Positions 59,960 to 64,000 of a stretch of 64,000 nt of DNA are shown piece after piece. This DNA comes from an uncultured bacterium (GTDB lineage Bacteria > Actinomycetota > Acidimicrobiia > Spongiisociales > UBA5794), in NCBI GenBank assembly GCA_963801165.1, contig CAWDDT010000011.1, positions 448,001-512,000 on the forward strand, read 5' to 3'. The position numbers were made by a program, and so were the translations under genes. The notes under the pieces are model-generated. The model worked only from the letters and a program-made list of their open reading frames with translations, was not told the DNA's origin and ran no database searches. Within the stretch, counting starts at the first letter, position 1. Each line of letters begins with the position of its first letter.

Positions 59960-61927
59960 GTGATTCCACGGCAGATCCTCGACGATCAACCGGTACGAGT
60001 GCTGCTGGTCGCTTCTGATCCAGCGGTGCACGCCTCTGTTGCGCGCCTTTCCGGTGAGTCGCACCATGCCAGCCACGTCGTAGTCTGGGTAGACAGCTAC
60101 GAGAAGGGTATCGCCGCCGTCACCGCCGACAAGCACGACGTGTACCTGATCCAGGGAACCATCGGTACCCGGAGCGGCCTCGATCTCGTGACCGAAGCGG
60201 TGGCCACCGGGTCCGCGGCACCATTCATCGTGCTCACCGGGACTGCCGACCATGATTTCGACATCGAGGCGCTGGCCGCCGGCGCCACCGACAGCCTGGT
60301 CGTCGCCAAGCTCGATGCCGACTCGCTCGAACGAGCCATCCGTCATGGTCTGATTCACGCCCAGACGCGCGCCGAGCTGGTAGCCGCACGCGATGAGGCC
60401 GAGGCCGCAACTGCGGCCAAGACCAAGTTCCTCGGCAACCTGAGCCACGATCTGCGTACCCCCCTCAATGTCATCATCGGGATGACCGAGATCGTGTTGC
60501 GAGACGAGCTCACCGCATCCCAGCGCGAGTCCATCGAGACCGTCCGCGTCGCCGGCGAGACGCTGCTGAACATGGCCGACCGCCTCGTCGACATTCCCAG
60601 CATCGAGACTGGAGCCATCGAGCTGGAACCCGCCCCATTCAATTTCCGCGATGCTGTCACCGACGTCGTGCGCATCTTTGGTCTTCAAGCCCGGCAAAAA
60701 GACATCTACGTGGGTGTCGACGTGCCCACTTCATTACCGGAGATCGTCATCGCAGATTCGGCCCGGTTCCAGCAGGTGCTGATCGACCTGGTGAGCAACG
60801 CGGTCAAGTTCACCGACCGGGGCACCGTCACCATCGCAGTGACCGACCTATACGAACGCGACGGGGCGTCGTATCTACGTCTGAGCGTTGAGGACACCGG
60901 GCGCGGGATACCGGCCGACCTCCAGTCCTCGCTCTTCGAGCGCTCCGCCCGGGCGACCACGTCGCCGGGGGGTACCGGCCTCGGGGTCGTGCACACGATC
61001 ATCGCTGCGATGGGGGGAACCATCTCCGTCCAGAGCAAGGTGGGCAAAGGCACCCGATTCGACCTCGAGGTGCAGGTTGGGACGATCGATGCAACCTCGG
61101 GCGCCGGGAAGGCATTTGGCCAGTCCGACGGAGTGGTGCTGGTCATGTGCAGTGATCCCGAGGGGCGACGTGCGATCGAGGCCGACCTGGTCGGCGCGGG
61201 GATCGAGCCCTTGATCGTGGGTGATCTCGGCGCAGCCGTCGATACGGTCGCACAGAGCCAGCCGCTCGATGCCATCGTGCTCGACACCGCCTACAAGCCG
61301 TTCGACATCGCCACGACTCTGATGGAGCGGGCGGGAGGAAGAACGCCGGTGATCCTCATCGTCCCGAGTGGGCGTGAAGAAGACGAGCCCCGGTGTCGTG
61401 AAGCAGGAGTGAAGGGCTACGTCACGAAACCGGCGGCTTCCGGTGTGCTCGCAGACGTGGTCAAGGCGACCATCGCAGCCGCCCGGGCCGGCGACACCAA
61501 CACACTGTTCACCCCCGAATCGCTGGTATCGAGCCGGCCCAGCATGGAAATCCTCGTTGTCGACGACGTCGAGACGAACCTCATGCTCACGGTCCGGATG
61601 CTCACCGAGCGCGGGCACCGGGCGACCGCAGTGCGCAGCGGAGTGGAGGCGATCGACGTTTTCGAACAGTCCCGATTCGACGCAGTGCTGATGGATCTGC
61701 AGATGCCCGGGTTGGACGGTTTCGACACGACGGCTGCGATCCGGGCTGAAGAGGTCATGCAAGGCATCATTCGCACCCCGATCGTTGCGCTCACCGGCCA
61801 CACCACCAAGGAGGAGCGCGACCGCTGTACCGCCGCGGGCATGGACGGGTTCCTCTCGAAACCGGTGCGACCCGATGCGCTCTTCGCCGCGGTCGAGCAG
61901 TTCAGCGCCCCTGCGCTGGCCGCCTGA
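59960..61927 (+). CDS. hybrid histidine kinase (REC-like, HisKA, HATPase, REC-like, REC)
   Basis: FLGNLSHDLRTPL, NAVKFT, DTGRG, GTGLG, MDLQMPGLDG, SKPV. Confidence 0.93.
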   Translation: MIPRQILDDQPVRVLLVASDPAVHASVARLSGESHHASHVVVWVDSYEKGIAAVTADKHDVYLIQGTIGTRSGLDLVTEAVATGSAAPFIVLTGTADHDFDIEALAAGATDSLVVAKLDADSLERAIRHGLIHAQTRAELVAARDEAEAATAAKTKFLGNLSHDLRTPLNVIIGMTEIVLRDELTASQRESIETVRVAGETLLNMADRLVDIPSIETGAIELEPAPFNFRDAVTDVVRIFGLQARQKDIYVGVDVPTSLPEIVIADSARFQQVLIDLVSNAVKFTDRGTVTIAVTDLYERDGASYLRLSVEDTGRGIPADLQSSLFERSARATTSPGGTGLGVVHTIIAAMGGTISVQSKVGKGTRFDLEVQVGTIDATSGAGKAFGQSDGVVLVMCSDPEGRRAIEADLVGAGIEPLIVGDLGAAVDTVAQSQPLDAIVLDTAYKPFDIATTLMERAGGRTPVILIVPSGREEDEPRCREAGVKGYVTKPAASGVLADVVKATIAAARAGDTNTLFTPESLVSSRPSMEILVVDDVETNLMLTVRMLTERGHRATAVRSGVEAIDVFEQSRFDAVLMDLQMPGLDGFDTTAAIRAEEVMQGIIRTPIVALTGHTTKEERDRCTAAGMDGFLSKPVRPDALFAAVEQFSAPALAA

Positions 61928-61969
61928 CCCGGCCGGGCAAATGTCATTGCCGCGTGGTAGAACGCAGGC

Positions 61970-62452
61970 ATGACTCGTGACCACATCCGGCTGCGCGCCG
62001 TCGTTCCTTCTGACATTCCGGTCTTCTTCGCACACGAGCAGAACGAAGAGGCTCAACGGATGGCCGCGTTCACTCCACCGGACCCGACGGATCGGGCCAC
62101 ATTCGATGCCCATTGGGAGCGAATTCTCGGTAACGACACCATCATGCGCACGATTGAGCTAGACGGCCGGGTCGTCGGACACGTCGGCAGCTGGGTCCAG
62201 GAGGGAGACCGTGAGATCACGTACTGGATCGACCACAACCACTGGGGGAAGGGAGTCGCCACCGCGGCCCTGGCGCTGTTCCTGGACGAGGTCACCGAGC
62301 GGCCCCTGTATGCCAGGGCGGCCCGTGACAACATGGGATCGATCCGTGTCCTGGAGAAGAACGGCTTTGAAGTCATAGATACCGACCGGGGATACGCCAA
62401 TGCCCGGGGTGAAGAGATAGACGAGGTCGTGTGCCGGCTCAGCGCACCTTGA
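61970..62452 (+). CDS. GNAT N-acetyltransferase (RimJ/RimL-like)
   Basis: WGKGVAT, NMGSIRVLEKNGF. Confidence 0.92.
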   Translation: MTRDHIRLRAVVPSDIPVFFAHEQNEEAQRMAAFTPPDPTDRATFDAHWERILGNDTIMRTIELDGRVVGHVGSWVQEGDREITYWIDHNHWGKGVATAALALFLDEVTERPLYARAARDNMGSIRVLEKNGFEVIDTDRGYANARGEEIDEVVCRLSAP

Positions 62453-63362
62453 AGCCGGAAACGCCACCCCTCATGGTCAGCTCGACCCGGTTGACAGCGG
62501 TCGAGTAGTCGGGGGACTCGTAGCCTCCGCCACTGGGGAGGAAACGGCTGGTATCGACGTCGACTTCTGCCAGCCCGGTGTCGGTGGTGATGCGGCCGGC
62601 GACATCCGCCGGTACCCGAAACTCCACGGAGGCGGCGCCGGCGTCCACCGTGGCCCGGGTGTGCCCACGCTCGGGAACGTAAACGACCGTAGAGCTGGCT
62701 CCCGTCTTGAGCTCGAGTGAGTTGACCAGCAACCGGCTCAGATCGAGACGCGTGTCAGAGGCACCTGTGTGGAGGTCGAGCTCGAGTTCCACGGCCGGGT
62801 TGAAGTCAACGCGAAACTCGCGCCCCCGGGACCGCATCCACGAGGCATGGCGCTGCCGCAGCATGACGTCGACCCGGTCGCCCGACCTGCTCACCTTCTG
62901 CTCCACCGCACCGACCGACCCGGCACACAAGCTCGCGGAAGCCGCCGCAAGACTGCCGACCCGCAGCGCGCCCCCACCATGGTCGATGCGCACCCGGGCC
63001 CGGCGGGCTCCATCCAACGGAATGTCGACGGAATCCGTCTCGACGCTGCCCCCGCGAAACGTGCCGAATATCAAGCTCAACCCGACAACGATGAGGATCG
63101 CCGGCCAGACGAAAGCCGACCTGATGATGTCGGCGTCGCGCAGCAACAGGAAAAGACCGAGCCCGATGAGGATGATCGGAGCGGTCCACGATTCACGCTC
63201 GCCCTTTGACACCCGATCCACGAAGATCGCCACCCCAATAACGATCAACACGCCCGGACCTACCGACGCCCCGTCCGGCCACAAGCCCATTGCCTGGAGT
63301 AGGAAGACGAGACCAACGCCGAACAGCACCAACCCCAGGAAGACGCTCCCCTGGCGACGCAT
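62439..63362 (-). CDS. LiaF/LiaI-like membrane protein with a C-terminal beta-rich domain
   Basis: Four short TM helices with WP motif, then repeated xGAS strands. Confidence 0.7.
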   Translation of the reverse strand: MRRQGSVFLGLVLFGVGLVFLLQAMGLWPDGASVGPGVLIVIGVAIFVDRVSKGERESWTAPIILIGLGLFLLLRDADIIRSAFVWPAILIVVGLSLIFGTFRGGSVETDSVDIPLDGARRARVRIDHGGGALRVGSLAAASASLCAGSVGAVEQKVSRSGDRVDVMLRQRHASWMRSRGREFRVDFNPAVELELDLHTGASDTRLDLSRLLVNSLELKTGASSTVVYVPERGHTRATVDAGAASVEFRVPADVAGRITTDTGLAEVDVDTSRFLPSGGGYESPDYSTAVNRVELTMRGGVSGFKVR

Positions 63363-63422
63363 TCGTTTCTCCGATCGACGGTTGCCGCCGCGAGGGTACA
63401 CCGATGGGGGTCGGCGCCGACT

Positions 63423-63842
63423 TCAGTCGGACCAGGGCCCGACTCCACCGAACCGATCCGGTGTGATACGCAGCACGTAGCCGGCCGGCGGGTTTGGCAT
63501 CGGCGGGAACACAACGTCGGGTCCCAGATATACATGAGCCAGCCGCTGCAGGAGCTCCGGGGCCCCGCCGTCCGTCACCCTACCTGTGCCGTGAATCACG
63601 AGGTACTCGTCGAGACCGATCTCGGTGCGGGTCCCGGCTTCGAGGGTCAGCACCAGACGGGGATCCCGGCGGATGTTGACCAGCTTGCGGTGTTCCCCCA
63701 GATGGCCGGACACGATCTCGTCACCCTCGAGCCCGATCCAGATTGCAGACGCTTGCGGGCTCCCATCGGGGTTGATGGTCACCAGATGGGTGAGCCTGCC
63801 GGACTCGATCAGCGACCTGACTCGAGGGGGTATCGTGCTCAT
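63423..63842 (-). CDS. PPOX-class F420-dependent oxidoreductase family protein
   Basis: LVTINPDGSPQ, KLVNIRRDPR, LAHVY. Confidence 0.88.
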   Translation of the reverse strand: MSTIPPRVRSLIESGRLTHLVTINPDGSPQASAIWIGLEGDEIVSGHLGEHRKLVNIRRDPRLVLTLEAGTRTEIGLDEYLVIHGTGRVTDGGAPELLQRLAHVYLGPDVVFPPMPNPPAGYVLRITPDRFGGVGPWSD

Positions 63843-63870
63843 GGGCCAACCCTAGACCCGGGGGCAGGCG

Positions 63871-64000
63871 TCAGGCAGCGAAATCCCAGTCGTAGTCGAG
63901 CGGATAAAGGTACGTGTCCGCAACGTGGTTGAGAACCCGGCGGGCCGCTCGGAACCGGGCCGCCACGTCACTGATTAGTTGCGGCGCCGATCCTTCGGTG
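63871..64000 (-). CDS. C-terminal end of an unidentified CDS entering from the window edge
   Basis: Open frame ...APQLISDVAARFRAARRVLNHVADTYLYPLDYDWDFAA*. Confidence 0.5.
   Translation of the reverse strand, partial: TEGSAPQLISDVAARFRAARRVLNHVADTYLYPLDYDWDFAA

Overview
High-GC chromosomal window from an actinobacterium. WhiB, a proteasome activator ending in GQYL and an F420-type PPOX protein point to Actinomycetota; Acidimicrobiia is plausible but only inferred. Bases 1-30 kb hold a flagellar and chemotaxis supercluster. The leftward part is cheC-cheD-comFB-like, flgBC-fliEFGHIJ-SLT-fliK-flgD, flbD-motAB-fliL and fliNOPQR. The rightward part is fliM-fliY-cheYWBRA plus a frameshifted degenerate GGDEF/HD-GYP gene and a histidine kinase. 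A glutamate racemase-macrodomain fusion, pheA, flagellin and a TPR glycosyltransferase follow. Bases 30-64 kb are mostly housekeeping and transport genes. I found no rRNA, tRNA, CRISPR array or transposase. The best candidate for an undescribed system is a cyclic-dinucleotide-linked motility regulon. It combines a ComFB-family gene, a catalytically degenerate GGDEF/HD-GYP gene and seven copies of a variant sigma28/WhiG-like promoter (TTnn-N15-[G/C][C/T]CGAC), including one before the basal-body operon. Other notable items are the intact MurI-macrodomain fusion, a PPDK paralog with a degenerate ATP-grasp domain, the absence of flgE from its usual slot, a nonsense codon inside an ABC Walker A motif, and a cluster of tandem duplications. 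All calls come from motif recognition by eye; no searches were run.
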